A stretch of DNA of 64,000 bases from Candidatus Eiseniibacteriota bacterium (GCA_963783375.1 CAWANH010000003.1:192001-256000), one strand, 5' to 3'; shown: positions 46,569 through 57,700, counted from the first letter of the stretch. The notes: generated from the sequence alone by a model not told the origin. Translations and numbers: made by a program.

Positions 46569-47591
46569 TCACGCTGCCTCTCCGGAGGCGAGGGGAACCG
46601 GTTCGGCGCCGGCGTCCCCCAGCGACGAACGATATTCCTCGAGGAGGGCCACCAGCCGGTCGAGATCCGATTCCCGGAAGAGGAGCGGGCGGACCTTGGC
46701 CGCGTGGGGAAAGCCGCGGACGTAGCAGGCCAGGGTCTTCCGCATCTCCAAAAGCCCCTTGGGGAGGCCTTTCCGGGCCACGCTTCGCCGCAGGTGCTCG
46801 ATGGCCAGGCCGATCACCTCGACGCGCGCGGGCCGGGGTATCTCGATCCCGTCCTCGAGGAGGGCGCGGGCCTCGCGGAAGATCCAGGGGTTCCCCACCG
46901 CTCCGCGCCCCACCAGGACGCCGGCGCACCCGGTCTCCTCCAGCATGCGCCGGGCGTCACCGGCGGTTCGAACGTCGCCGTTCCCGATCACCGGGATGGA
47001 AACCGCGCGGACGAGGCGGGCGATGTCGTTCCAGTTGGCCTTTCCCTCGAACCGTTCGGAGCGGGTGCGGGCGTGGATGGCCACCGCGGCCACTCCGGCC
47101 CGCTCCAGGATCTCGCCGGTGATTTCAATGTCGGACGAATTTCTATCCCAACCGCTCCTGATCTTCGCGGTCACCGGGGTGGGGGCCGCCCCTTCCACCA
47201 CCGCCCGGGCCAGATCGGCCAGGAGCGGCTTGTTGCGAAGGAGCGCCGCTCCCGCTTCCTTCGTGACCACCTTGGGGACCGGGCAGCCCATGTTGATGTC
47301 GATGAAGTCGGGGCCCAGGTCGCGGAGGATCGAGGCCGCTTCCCCCATCGAACCGGGATCGGAGCCGAAGAGCTGCATGCCCAGGGGCCGCTCGTTCTCC
47401 TCGTAGTCCAGGTAGCGGTTGGTCCGCTCCGAGCCCCGCACCATGCCTTCGCTCGAGACCAGCTCGGTCACCACGAAGGCCGCCCCGTGCTCGCGGCACA
47501 GGCCGCGGAACACCGGCTCGGTGAAGCCGGCCATGGGGGCCAGCCCCACCCGGCCGTCGATGCGGAGGGTTCCGATGTTCAGTTCCTGCAT
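46569..47591 (-). CDS. dusB: tRNA-dihydrouridine synthase B
   Basis: LAPMAG, QLFGS, IDINMGCP, KIRSGW, IHART, IGNGDV, GRGAVGNPW. Confidence 0.92.
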   Translation of the reverse strand: MQELNIGTLRIDGRVGLAPMAGFTEPVFRGLCREHGAAFVVTELVSSEGMVRGSERTNRYLDYEENERPLGMQLFGSDPGSMGEAASILRDLGPDFIDINMGCPVPKVVTKEAGAALLRNKPLLADLARAVVEGAAPTPVTAKIRSGWDRNSSDIEITGEILERAGVAAVAIHARTRSERFEGKANWNDIARLVRAVSIPVIGNGDVRTAGDARRMLEETGCAGVLVGRGAVGNPWIFREARALLEDGIEIPRPARVEVIGLAIEHLRRSVARKGLPKGLLEMRKTLACYVRGFPHAAKVRPLLFRESDLDRLVALLEEYRSSLGDAGAEPVPLASGEAA

Positions 47592-47725
47592 GATCCTCTT
47601 CTCACGTCGGCCCGGGGCCGGAACGGCGGCCGTGCCCTGACCGCCGGACGGAGCGATCCCGGGAGGCGAAACGGAAGAAGTCTACCACCTCGCCCGCCCG
47701 GTCCCACGGCCCCGGGCGGCGGAAG

Positions 47726-48424
47726 TCAGCCGAGGCCGCCGTCCGCGCGGCGGCGGCCCACCCACTCCGCCGTCGCCTCCCGGATCCGGAGCGACACCTC
47801 GGGCTTGGGGGCGGAGGCGTCGATCACCAGGAAGCGCTCCGGCTCCGCCCCGGCCAGGCGCAGGTAGACCGAGCGCACCGCCTGGTGGAACTCGCGGGTC
47901 TCCCGATCGAACCGGGTGTAGGCGCCCCCCTCCCGCCCGCGCTTGCCGACCCGGGCCAGGGCCTCCTCCACCGAGAGGTCGAGGAGCACGGTGAAGTCGG
48001 GGGCGATCCCCGTGGTGGCGAGCGCGTTGGCCGAGGCCACCACCTCCACCCCCAGTCCCCGCCCACCGCCCTGGTAGGCCAGGCTCGCGTCCGCGAACCG
48101 GTCGCAGATCACGATCTCCCCCCGGTCCAGGCGGGGGAGAATGAAGGTCTGTAGATGCTGGGCCCGGGAGGCCAGGAGCATGAACAGCTCGGCTTCGGGA
48201 ACCGGGGGCTCGCCCTCGGTGCCGAGCAGGAGCTTCCGGAGCGCCTCCCCCAGAGGAGTGCCCCCCGGCTCGCGGGTGACGGTCACCACCTCGCCCGCCG
48301 CTTCCAGCTCGGCCTTGAGCATCCGGGCATGGGTGGTCTTTCCGCTTCCTTCCACCCCTTCCAGGGTGAGGAAGAACCCCCGGGGGCTCCCGCCGGACGT
48401 CCGCGCGCGTTCCAGGGACCGCAT
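47726..48424 (-). CDS. tmk: Thymidylate kinase
   Basis: LEGVEGSGKTT, TREPGGT, RAQH, CDRF.DAS.AYQGGGRG; start approximate. Confidence 0.94.
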   Translation of the reverse strand: MRSLERARTSGGSPRGFFLTLEGVEGSGKTTHARMLKAELEAAGEVVTVTREPGGTPLGEALRKLLLGTEGEPPVPEAELFMLLASRAQHLQTFILPRLDRGEIVICDRFADASLAYQGGGRGLGVEVVASANALATTGIAPDFTVLLDLSVEEALARVGKRGREGGAYTRFDRETREFHQAVRSVYLRLAGAEPERFLVIDASAPKPEVSLRIREATAEWVGRRRADGGLG

Positions 48425-49011
48425 CAGGAGGCCCGGGTGGCCCCCTGCACGTGATGGAAGCGCTGGAGCGCGGTCCAGTACACGAGGGGGGTGAGAATCC
48501 ATAGGGCGATTTTCATGCCCAATGGGCCGAAAATAGCGGCCACCAGGAGGAGCACCATCCTCTCGGGTCGCTCCATGATCCCCACGTTGCACTCGATTCC
48601 CAGGCCCTCGGACCGGGCCCGGGTATAGCTCACCATGAAGGAGCCGCCGGTGGCCAGGAAGGTGAGGAGCGCATAGAGGACCGAGCCCTCCGCGTGGGTG
48701 AAGTAGACCAGGAGGCCGGCGAAGAAGAAGAGTTCCGCGTAGCGGTCGGCGGTGGAATCCAGGAACGCCCCGAAGGGACTGGACCGGCCGCTATCCCGGG
48801 CCACCGCGCCGTCCAGCATGTCGCACAGCCCGCCGAAGAGAAGCGCCCCGGCGGCGAGCCGGAACCGGCCGTAGGCCAGGAACACCCCCGCCGCGGCCAT
48901 GGCCAGAAGCCCGACCACCGTGATGTGATTGGGAGAGATCCCCACGTTGGCCAGGAATCGCGCGACCGGAGCCACCGCCCGCCGACCCCCGTCCTTCACC
49001 GCCGTCTTCAC
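48424..49011 (-). CDS. CDP-alcohol phosphatidyltransferase (PgsA/PIP-synthase-like)
   Basis: ISPNHIT, DMLDGAVAR....SPFGAFLDSTADR, SYTRARSE, GIMERPER. Confidence 0.9.
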   Translation of the reverse strand: MKTAVKDGGRRAVAPVARFLANVGISPNHITVVGLLAMAAAGVFLAYGRFRLAAGALLFGGLCDMLDGAVARDSGRSSPFGAFLDSTADRYAELFFFAGLLVYFTHAEGSVLYALLTFLATGGSFMVSYTRARSEGLGIECNVGIMERPERMVLLLVAAIFGPLGMKIALWILTPLVYWTALQRFHHVQGATRAS

Positions 49012-50054
49012 GCGCGCCCCCCCTTTCCCCCGCCAAGCGTCTTCCGGAGCGCGGCGATCGCCCGCCCGGTCCCCGCGTCGTCCACGTCCAGATGGGTGAC
49101 CAGCCGGATGCGGGTCGCCCCGAACCCCGCGGCCAGAACCCCCTCCGCGGCCAGAGCCTCCACCACCTCCGCCTGCTCCCGCCCGGTCTCCCGGAGCTCG
49201 GCGATCACGATGTTCGTCTCCACCGGAAGCGTTTCCACCCCGGGAAGCTCGGCCAGCGCGGCGCCGATCCGCGCCGCCCGGGCGTGGTCCTCGGTCAGGC
49301 GATCGCGATGATGAAGGAGGGCATGAAGCGCTCCGGCGGCGATGATCCCGACCTGGCGCATCCCGCCCCCCAGCCGCTTCCGCAGAAGACGAGCCCGGTG
49401 GATCCGCTCCGCGGTGGACGCCACCGCCGACCCCACCGGGGCCCCCAATCCCTTCGAGAAGCACACGGACACGGTGTCGGCGGATCGGGCCAGATCGGCG
49501 GGATCGAGCCCTCCGGCCGCCGCCGCATTCCAGAGCCGGGCCCCGTCCAGGTGTACGGCGAGCCCGGCCTCCCGGGCGGCCCCCGCAACGGCATGGAGTT
49601 GCTCCGGCGGCCAGACCGCGCCTCCGGCCCGGTTGTGGGTGTTTTCGAGGGCCACCGCCCGAAGCGGGGCGAAGTGGTCGTTCGGGGGACGCACCGCGGC
49701 GGCGACGTCGGAGGCGGCGAGAACGCCCCGGCGGCCCACGACCGGTCGCAGGGTGATCCCCCACAACGCCGAGGCCGCTCCCCCCTCGTAGTTCAGGACG
49801 TGGGAGCCCTCCTCCACCAGCACCTCGGTCCCCGGGCCGGCCACCAGCGCCATGGAGATCTGGTTGGCCATGGTTCCGGAGGGAACGTAGAGCGCCGCTT
49901 CCTTCCCCAGGATCCCGGCGACCGTTTCCTCCAACCGTTTCACGGTGGGGTCATCGCCGAAAACATCGTCCCCGACTTCGGCCTCGGCCATGGCCCGGCG
50001 CATGTCCGGGCTGGGCCGGGTCACCGTGTCGCTTCGCAAATCGACCGCGGTCAT
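49008..50054 (-). CDS. ltaE: Low-specificity L-threonine aldolase
   Basis: DLRSDTVT.P, VGDDVFGDDPTV, SGTMANQ, ENTHN, HLDGARLWNA, SKGLGAPVGS, GGGMRQ. Confidence 0.94.
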   Translation of the reverse strand: MTAVDLRSDTVTRPSPDMRRAMAEAEVGDDVFGDDPTVKRLEETVAGILGKEAALYVPSGTMANQISMALVAGPGTEVLVEEGSHVLNYEGGAASALWGITLRPVVGRRGVLAASDVAAAVRPPNDHFAPLRAVALENTHNRAGGAVWPPEQLHAVAGAAREAGLAVHLDGARLWNAAAAGGLDPADLARSADTVSVCFSKGLGAPVGSAVASTAERIHRARLLRKRLGGGMRQVGIIAAGALHALLHHRDRLTEDHARAARIGAALAELPGVETLPVETNIVIAELRETGREQAEVVEALAAEGVLAAGFGATRIRLVTHLDVDDAGTGRAIAALRKTLGGGKGGRA

Positions 50055-50175
50055 GATGTTGTCCGTCAGGGCGGCGGATACCCGAAGGGCGGCCGTCGCG
50101 AAGGGTGACCACGGGTGCGGAGCCGGGACCGGCGTTTCCTCCGGCCGGCGGCGCCCCGGTGTCACGAGGTAGCGA

Positions 50176-50228
50176 GAAAAAGGGACGAACCGCCCCGCCC
50201 GAAACGGGCGGGGGACCGGATTCGTCCC
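50176..50228 (-). terminator. Rho-independent terminator after the HU gene
   Basis: Nested hairpin GGGACGAA/TTCGTCCC around CCCCGCCCG-AAA-CGGGCGGGG, then TTTTT on minus strand. Confidence 0.65.
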
Positions 50229-50251
50229 CGATCCAAAGGCCGGTGGTTCGG

Positions 50252-50584
50252 TTAAGCGGAGGGAGGGTGGGTACCGGCCGCCGGCTCGCCGCTCTCGGCG
50301 GCGGGGGCGAGCGACGCCACACGGTCCTTGAGTTCCTTGGAGACCTTGAAGACCGGGACCTTCCTCGGCGGCACGTGCACCGCTTCTCCCGTCCGCGGGT
50401 TTCGCGCGGTGCGAGGCTTGCGATCCTTCACCTTGAACGTGCCGAACCCGCGGATTTCTATGTGCTTGCCCGCCACCAGGGCCCGAGACACCGCTTCCAG
50501 AAACTCGTCCACCGTGTCGGCGACGTCTTTCTTGGTCAAGCCGGTGCGCTGGGCGATTTCATCCACGAGATCTGCCTTGGTCAT
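50252..50584 (-). CDS. HU/IHF family DNA-binding protein
   Basis: MTKADLV, IEIRGFGTF, RTARNPRTGE, PVFKVSKELK; GGAGGT RBS. Confidence 0.94.
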   Translation of the reverse strand: MTKADLVDEIAQRTGLTKKDVADTVDEFLEAVSRALVAGKHIEIRGFGTFKVKDRKPRTARNPRTGEAVHVPPRKVPVFKVSKELKDRVASLAPAAESGEPAAGTHPPSA

Positions 50585-50686
50585 GAGGTACCTCCCCGGG
50601 CCCCCGTCTAGGCGGGGCACCAAGTCGCGGCGAAGGAGAACCGGCCCAGTACTCGCCGGACCCCCTTCGCAGACGTATCTGTCGGA

Positions 50687-50715
50687 AACCTACACGGTTA
50701 ACCGTCTTCTGTCAA
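50687..50715 (-). promoter_or_regulatory. sigma70 promoter for the HU gene with palindromic spacer
   Basis: TTGACA-N17-TAGGTT; ACGGTTAACCGT palindrome at 50694-50705. Confidence 0.65.
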
Positions 50716-50829
50716 ACACGAGCGCCGGATAGCGGTCCGGATGGGGAAATGGTGCCCGGACCCTCCGGACCGGACTCTAGAGGAGCCTAACTTGGCCCGT
50801 CAACAAGAGTTCGGTCGACCGTGCCCGAA

Positions 50830-51774
50830 TCAGCGGTGCTGGCGGACCACTTCGACCAGAAAACGGGCCGGATCCACGTTCGCGAGCCTCAATCCGGACC
50901 GGGGCAGGTCGACCTCGGGGGACAGGAGATGGCGGCCGGGGTCGAGATGGGCGACGTCCAGGCGCACGAAGAGACCGTCGACGGCCAGGGAGTCCACCGA
51001 CGCCGGGGCGCCGACCACGGTGACCGAAGCCGAGTCGGGGTCCAGGTGGGCGAGAAGGCCGCGATCGAGACCGCTCAAGAGAACCGGGACGGAAGAAAAC
51101 GTGCGCCGCACCGTCTTCATCAACTCGACGTCCACCCGCACGCTGGACGGCTCGATCGTCACCTGTGGGAGTTCGGCGCGAACCGCGAGCTCGAAGCCGC
51201 TGGAGCCGTGAACCTCGTCCAGGTGAAGGGGCTCGGTGGCCAGCATCTCCAGATCGCGGACCACCTTGTGGGGCCCGGTGATCCGGGCCTGGGCGGGAAC
51301 CGGACGCAGGGGCCCGGCCAGGACATAGCCGTCGGGAAGGTCCCCCAGAACCGCCACCCGCACCTCGGCCGTCCGGGTGACCAGGGTATCCACGGTGAGC
51401 GAGATCATCCGCGGGGAAAGCACGCCGGTCACGTTGACTTCGCTCCCCACCGGAAGGGCCACGTCGGCGGGCGATAGCATGCGCTGGATCGTCCCGGGAT
51501 GAACCTCGCTCAAATCCACCAGGGCCCGCGGGTCCCGATAGCGGAGCAGGAGAAGTTGCTTCCCCTTGCCCCGCACCGCGATCTCCACCGAAGGGGGAAG
51601 CGTGTTCTCCAGCACGAGATCGTGGGAGAGCCCCACCGTCCTCAGGGGCACGCTGAGTTCCCACTCGCGTTCCTGTTCGGTGTAGACGTGGACGTACACC
51701 ACCAGGGCGAGCAAGAGGGCGAGGAGCTTGATGCCGAGGTTCCTGGAGAACCATCCGAAGATGTTCGAGGTCAT
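50830..51774 (-). CDS. YbbR/CdaR-like domain protein
   Basis: N-term NLGIKLLALLLAL TM; three repeats of V.V.G...vDLS/P..V.V type. Confidence 0.8.
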   Translation of the reverse strand: MTSNIFGWFSRNLGIKLLALLLALVVYVHVYTEQEREWELSVPLRTVGLSHDLVLENTLPPSVEIAVRGKGKQLLLLRYRDPRALVDLSEVHPGTIQRMLSPADVALPVGSEVNVTGVLSPRMISLTVDTLVTRTAEVRVAVLGDLPDGYVLAGPLRPVPAQARITGPHKVVRDLEMLATEPLHLDEVHGSSGFELAVRAELPQVTIEPSSVRVDVELMKTVRRTFSSVPVLLSGLDRGLLAHLDPDSASVTVVGAPASVDSLAVDGLFVRLDVAHLDPGRHLLSPEVDLPRSGLRLANVDPARFLVEVVRQHR

Positions 51775-51865
51775 GTCCCGCGGGAAGCGCCCGGGCGGAC
51801 CGATTTCCCCCGCGCGTCCGTGGCGATTGTGAGAGGCGCGGGTGAGGGGGTCAAGCGCCCCGCGC

Positions 51866-53221
51866 TCAGAATCGACGCGCGGCCGAGAGGGTGACGAAGG
51901 TGACCTGGATTCGCTCCGACCGGGCGCGGTGAAACTCCCAGGACGAGCTGGCCATGAGATCGAGGCTCACCCCCGGGGACACCGGGAGGCTCAGGACGGC
52001 GAAGAGATCCAGGAGCCAGTAGTCCGAGCGGATCAGGGACGAGGAGAGGGACGAGATCTCGATGGTCGTGTCCCCCGCTCCCCGGTAGTCCCGGCGGCCA
52101 CCCTCCAGGTCGAGCTCCACGAACCCCCCGCCGGTCAGAAACCGTTCGGCGGACATCCGCGCGCTCCATTGAAGATGGTCGCGGCTGCCGCCGCCGAGAT
52201 CGCGCACCACCTCCCCCACCGGCCCGGCGGCCACCGTCCAGCCCCCCCTCGCGCGGGAAACCGGAAGGTAGAGATCCAGCTCGGCGGCGTCGAAGTAGAG
52301 TTCGTCCCGCCCCCGGTAGTCGGTGACCCGCAGGTCGGCCTCGATCCCCACCGCCAGGGAGCCCGTCCCGGCCAGCCGCCGCGCCCCCCCGGCCTCGGCG
52401 GAGCGGAAGTCGCGCCCGGTCCCACCGTCGCCGTCGACGTCGCGAAACCGAAGCTCCGCCATGACGTGATCGCCGCCGATTCCCCCACGACGCTCCCCCC
52501 CCACCCTCACCTCCCGCCAGCTCCCCGGTGCGCCCCCCGGCACGAACTTCCCCGCCCCCTCCAGGTGCCCCTCCCAACCGCCGCCCAGGAGATCGCCGCC
52601 GCGCGCCGAGGCCCGGACCCGGACCAGCTCGTGGTCGTAGAGGTAGCTCACGCTGTCCGCCCGCCCCCGCGAGTGCTCCCATGCCAGCCGGAGCGCCCCA
52701 TCCCGACCGCCTCCCAGGGACCGGGTCCGCTCGACCTCCGCGCCCACGCGCCAATCCCCTCGTCCCACCAGGCTCCGCGCGTCGTCCAGAAAGGACCCTT
52801 GCGCGCCGAGGCGCCAGACGCCGGCGCGGGCCGGAAGCTCGGCTCGAACCGAAGCGTCCTGGGAGAACGTCTCCGCGTTGACCGAGGTCGCGGCGCGGAT
52901 CGCCACCGTCCGCCCCCGGGGGTCGCGCCCACGCCAGGCCAGCTCCAGGTTGGGGCCGGGGAGCCAGGAGTCGTCGTGAAAGCGGGTGGTGTCGGGGGTG
53001 AGGAGCGAGCTTCCCGGAGGGAGGCCGAGGTCCTCGTCCGAGTAGACCTGTTGGCTGAAGTAGCTCTGACCCAGGTATTCCATCTCCAGGGCCAGGCGGC
53101 CGGTGAAGTCCAGGGCGGGCGCGGGAGCGGCCGCTCCCGAGGCGCCGAGCCCGATGATCAGGAATGCGGCGGGGATCCCTCTCCGTCGCGCGGGCCGGCG
53201 GCGCCGGCATTCCAGGTTCAT
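51866..53221 (-). CDS. Probable outer-membrane beta-barrel protein
   Basis: Signal peptide; many amphipathic strands with aromatic residues; terminal Phe (VTLSAARRF). Confidence 0.65.
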   Translation of the reverse strand: MNLECRRRRPARRRGIPAAFLIIGLGASGAAAPAPALDFTGRLALEMEYLGQSYFSQQVYSDEDLGLPPGSSLLTPDTTRFHDDSWLPGPNLELAWRGRDPRGRTVAIRAATSVNAETFSQDASVRAELPARAGVWRLGAQGSFLDDARSLVGRGDWRVGAEVERTRSLGGGRDGALRLAWEHSRGRADSVSYLYDHELVRVRASARGGDLLGGGWEGHLEGAGKFVPGGAPGSWREVRVGGERRGGIGGDHVMAELRFRDVDGDGGTGRDFRSAEAGGARRLAGTGSLAVGIEADLRVTDYRGRDELYFDAAELDLYLPVSRARGGWTVAAGPVGEVVRDLGGGSRDHLQWSARMSAERFLTGGGFVELDLEGGRRDYRGAGDTTIEISSLSSSLIRSDYWLLDLFAVLSLPVSPGVSLDLMASSSWEFHRARSERIQVTFVTLSAARRF

Positions 53222-53227
53222 GCCCGG

Positions 53228-54283
53228 CTATTCTTGCCGCCCCGGGGATAGGCGCCCGGCCACGTCGAGGGCCAACGCCCCCGCCGCCCGCACCGAGGCC
53301 AGCGCCGGCCCGTAGCGCTTCTCCGCCAGGGCGGTCCTGGCGTCGCCGAGGAGCCGGTCCGCGCGGGCGAGAAGGTCCAACTCCTTGCCGTCGCCGTCCA
53401 CCCCGACGCGGAGCTGGGCCAGGAGATCGGCGGCGGAACCGATCAGGGCCTCGACGTCTTCGGGATTCACCACCACGTCCACCCGGCCCAAGGCCTGGGT
53501 GACCAGGAAACGCGCCTGCCGGGTGAACTGGAGGGCCAGCCCCGGGCGGCCCGCCCCCGCCTGCCGCCGGGCCTCGGCCTGCATGGCTTCCGCCCGCCGC
53601 ATGAGCTCCTTCGCCCCCCCGGTCCCCCGGGCGTCGTCGGCCCCCAGCACCCGCCCGGCTTCCGCGATCAGCCGGTCGGTGTCGTCGAGAACCCTGGCCG
53701 CCCCGTTCGGGTCCGCGTCGGCGCGCCCTTCGGCGATCCGGACCGCGCGCTCGGCGGTGTTCCGCGCCATCAGGGTGAGCCTGAGCGCCACCCGGGGCCG
53801 GCGCCGATCGAAGGCCCGTCGCGCCTCGACCGCCTGGTCGCGGGCGGCGAGAAGGAGCCGCCGCGCCTGAGGGTTTCCGCTCGCCCCCACCCGGTCCCGG
53901 CTCTCCCGCATGAATTCCTCGGTCCGCTCCAGGATGTTCCGGAGCTCGGCCAGACCGCGGCTCCCTCGAAGCGCGCGTTCCGCCGCCTTCTCCGCCAGCT
54001 TCTGGGAGAGGAGCGCCATCCGGCAGGCCTGCTCCCGCCGGCCGTGGGACGCCTCCCCCGCCGCCTCGCTACGCCGGCGTTCCGCGGCGCGGAGAAGCTC
54101 CACCGCCTCCGGGAGGGGGGAGCGATCCACCGCCTCGCGGGCACGCTCGATCAGCGCCGTGGCCCGCTCCACTTCGTCGCGCGGGTTGCACTGCGCCGAG
54201 GCCTCGGCGGCCGCGCCCGCCAGGGCGCACCCCACCACCAGCGCCATCAACAGCGACCCGCGTCGCCCTGGTTTGCCGATCAT
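53228..54283 (-). CDS. Secreted all-helical protein with four ~75-aa repeats
   Basis: Signal peptide ending ASA-Q; repeats of L..T..li..A.......A..LL..A......A......R...Al.....A; GGAGGT RBS. Confidence 0.7.
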   Translation of the reverse strand: MIGKPGRRGSLLMALVVGCALAGAAAEASAQCNPRDEVERATALIERAREAVDRSPLPEAVELLRAAERRRSEAAGEASHGRREQACRMALLSQKLAEKAAERALRGSRGLAELRNILERTEEFMRESRDRVGASGNPQARRLLLAARDQAVEARRAFDRRRPRVALRLTLMARNTAERAVRIAEGRADADPNGAARVLDDTDRLIAEAGRVLGADDARGTGGAKELMRRAEAMQAEARRQAGAGRPGLALQFTRQARFLVTQALGRVDVVVNPEDVEALIGSAADLLAQLRVGVDGDGKELDLLARADRLLGDARTALAEKRYGPALASVRAAGALALDVAGRLSPGRQE

Positions 54284-54326
54284 GGTCCGACCTCCGACCC
54301 GGATGGGGCCTGCGCCCTTGGAAAAC

Positions 54327-54342
54327 AGCAGGATCCATGCCA
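54327..54342 (-). promoter_or_regulatory. sigma54 (-24/-12) promoter
   Basis: TGGCATGGATCCTGCT: GG-N10-GC, 43 nt upstream of ATG 54283, directly downstream of a sigma54 activator gene. Confidence 0.7.
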
Positions 54343-54432
54343 GCCCCGGGGGCGGAGCCTGAGCTGAAACACGCCGGGAGACATCGGGTTCCGGGGGTCG
54401 TGGCGCGCGGGCGCCCGGCCGGTGGCGCGGGT

Positions 54433-54448
54433 TGTCCGTTCCGGTACA
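54433..54448. promoter_or_regulatory. Candidate upstream activator sequence
   Basis: TGT-N10-ACA about 90 bp upstream of the -24 element. Confidence 0.35.
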
Positions 54449-54488
54449 GGGTCCCGCCCCGGGGGGGACAGATCGAGGGGGGGCGCGG

Positions 54489-55849
<1,361 letters not shown>

Positions 55850-55853
<4 letters not shown>

Positions 55854-57166
55854 CGGCTCTCTCCCGGTTCCAGGGGAAACTCCATCTCCACCACCGTGCC
55901 ACCGCCGGGGCGGTCGCGAAGTTCCAGGCGCCCTCCCGCCTCCTCCATCACCCGGGCCACCACGGTGAGCCCGAGCCCCGAGCCCTTCTCCTTCGAAGTG
56001 TAGAACGGTTCGGCCGCCCGGGCGCGGACCTCGTCGCTCATCCCGGGCCCGCGGTCGGCGAAGGTCACCACCGCGCGCCCTCCCCGGCGATGAAGCCCCA
56101 CCTCGAGGGTCCCGCCCTCGGGCATGGCGTCGCGTGCGTTCAAGGCCACGTTCAGGAACGCCTGGCGGAGGTAGTGGGGATCGGTCCGCACCGGGAAGTC
56201 GCTTGCCTCCTTGTCGACGGTGATCGCGATGCCCTTTCGGGAGATCTCGTGATCGATCAGGGCCAGGGTGCGGTCGATGGCCGCGCCCAGGTCCTCGACT
56301 TCCCCGGTACCCGGGGGCCGCGCGAAGTCGAGGTAGGCGCCGAGGGTGCGCTCCAGGCGGTCCACTTCCTCGGGGATGAAGCGGAAGACCTCGTCTTCGC
56401 CGATCCCGTATCGCTCCCCCGTCCGCTCCGCGGCCCCCCGAATGATGCCCAGGGGATTTCGGATCTCGTGGGCCAGCATGGCCGCCATCTGTCCCATCGC
56501 GGCCAGGGTCTCGGTGCGGCGGAGCCTGGTCTGAAGCCCCTCCTGGGTGGAGAGCAGCCTCGCGAATCCCGCCCCCAGAAGGAGCATGCCCACCAGCACC
56601 ACCACCGCCGCCCCGGCCAGGGTGTCCTTGACCTGGTTCAGAACCCCCAGGAAGGCGGCGCTGGCCTCCACCCCCACCCCACCCACGATCTCTCCGGCGG
56701 AGTCGGCGACCGCGGCGTAGCCCGACCTGAAGTACGCCCCGCGGCCGGCGTAGAGGCGCGTGAAGGCGGGGATCCCGGCCATGGCGGTGGTCACCGCCAC
56801 CACGTCGAGGGACAGGGCCGGGTTGGGAGCCCCCTCGTCGTAGTACCCGCCGAGGTCGAGGAGGGTGGTCTCGTCGGCGCGGAACAGGAAGATGTCCGAG
56901 ACGTCGTTGTCCCGGCGGATCCGTTCCAGCTCGGTCCGGACCCCGGCCGCCGCGACGGAGTCTCCGGCGGCGAGCCCGCTCCACACCGCTCCGTTCACCG
57001 CCGCCGCGGTCGCCGAGGCCACCGCCACCAGCCGGAGCCCCAGCTCCCGGTCGAGCTGGTTCCGGAAGGACACGAACAGGTAGCCGAACGCGGCGTAGAC
57101 CACGGCCAGGGTGAGCGCCAGGAACCCCAGGACCCAGACGAGGCGCCGTCGCGCCGGGCGTGCCAC
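55850..57166 (-). CDS. Membrane sensor histidine kinase
   Basis: Two TMs around a periplasmic domain; LAHEIRNPL, NARDA, DRGPG, FYTSK.KGSGLGL; GTG start at 57166. Confidence 0.92.
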
Positions 57167-57173
57167 GTCGATC

Positions 57174-57581
57174 CTACTGGACGTATACCGTGCCGCTGAA
57201 CTCGTGCCCCACCGGGAACCGCGAGAAATACGGATAGGTCCCGGGCTGGGTGAACCGATGGACGAAGTCCTCTCCCACCGGATCGCCGGATGCGTAGCCC
57301 TGCAACGTGGCATTGAAGAGCTTTCCCGCGTCGGGATCGTCGGGGCCGGTGCCGCTGGTCACGGTGCGGAGGTTCTCTTCGCTCCGCCTGAGCACGTTCA
57401 CCCAGCGGACCGGCTGTCCGGCGGTGACCACGACCTGCTTCTGGAAGAAGCTGTCGGTGCGGACCAGCACCTGCTCCTCCCCCGGGGGGCGGGTGGCCTC
57501 CCCGCCGCACCCGGTGAGGACCCCGGCGAGGAGCACCAGGATCGCGACGGGCGCCAGGGCGGGGATCGAACGACGGCTCAC
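57174..57581 (-). CDS. Cupredoxin/plastocyanin-fold lipoprotein lacking canonical copper ligands
   Basis: Lipobox LTGC; V.AGQPVRWVN, TVTSG, F..PGTYPYF, final G.V.V strand; GTG start at 57581 with GAGGAG RBS. Confidence 0.7.
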   Translation of the reverse strand: MSRRSIPALAPVAILVLLAGVLTGCGGEATRPPGEEQVLVRTDSFFQKQVVVTAGQPVRWVNVLRRSEENLRTVTSGTGPDDPDAGKLFNATLQGYASGDPVGEDFVHRFTQPGTYPYFSRFPVGHEFSGTVYVQ

Positions 57582-57700
57582 GGGAATCTCCTCTCGGTTC
57601 GGGACCCGGGGACGGGAGGCGGGCCCGGCGCCCTGCCGCGGGGATGCTTGGCCGCGGGGGCGCGCCCTGTCAAGCGCCGGGGGAGGCGCTCCGGGAAGCG

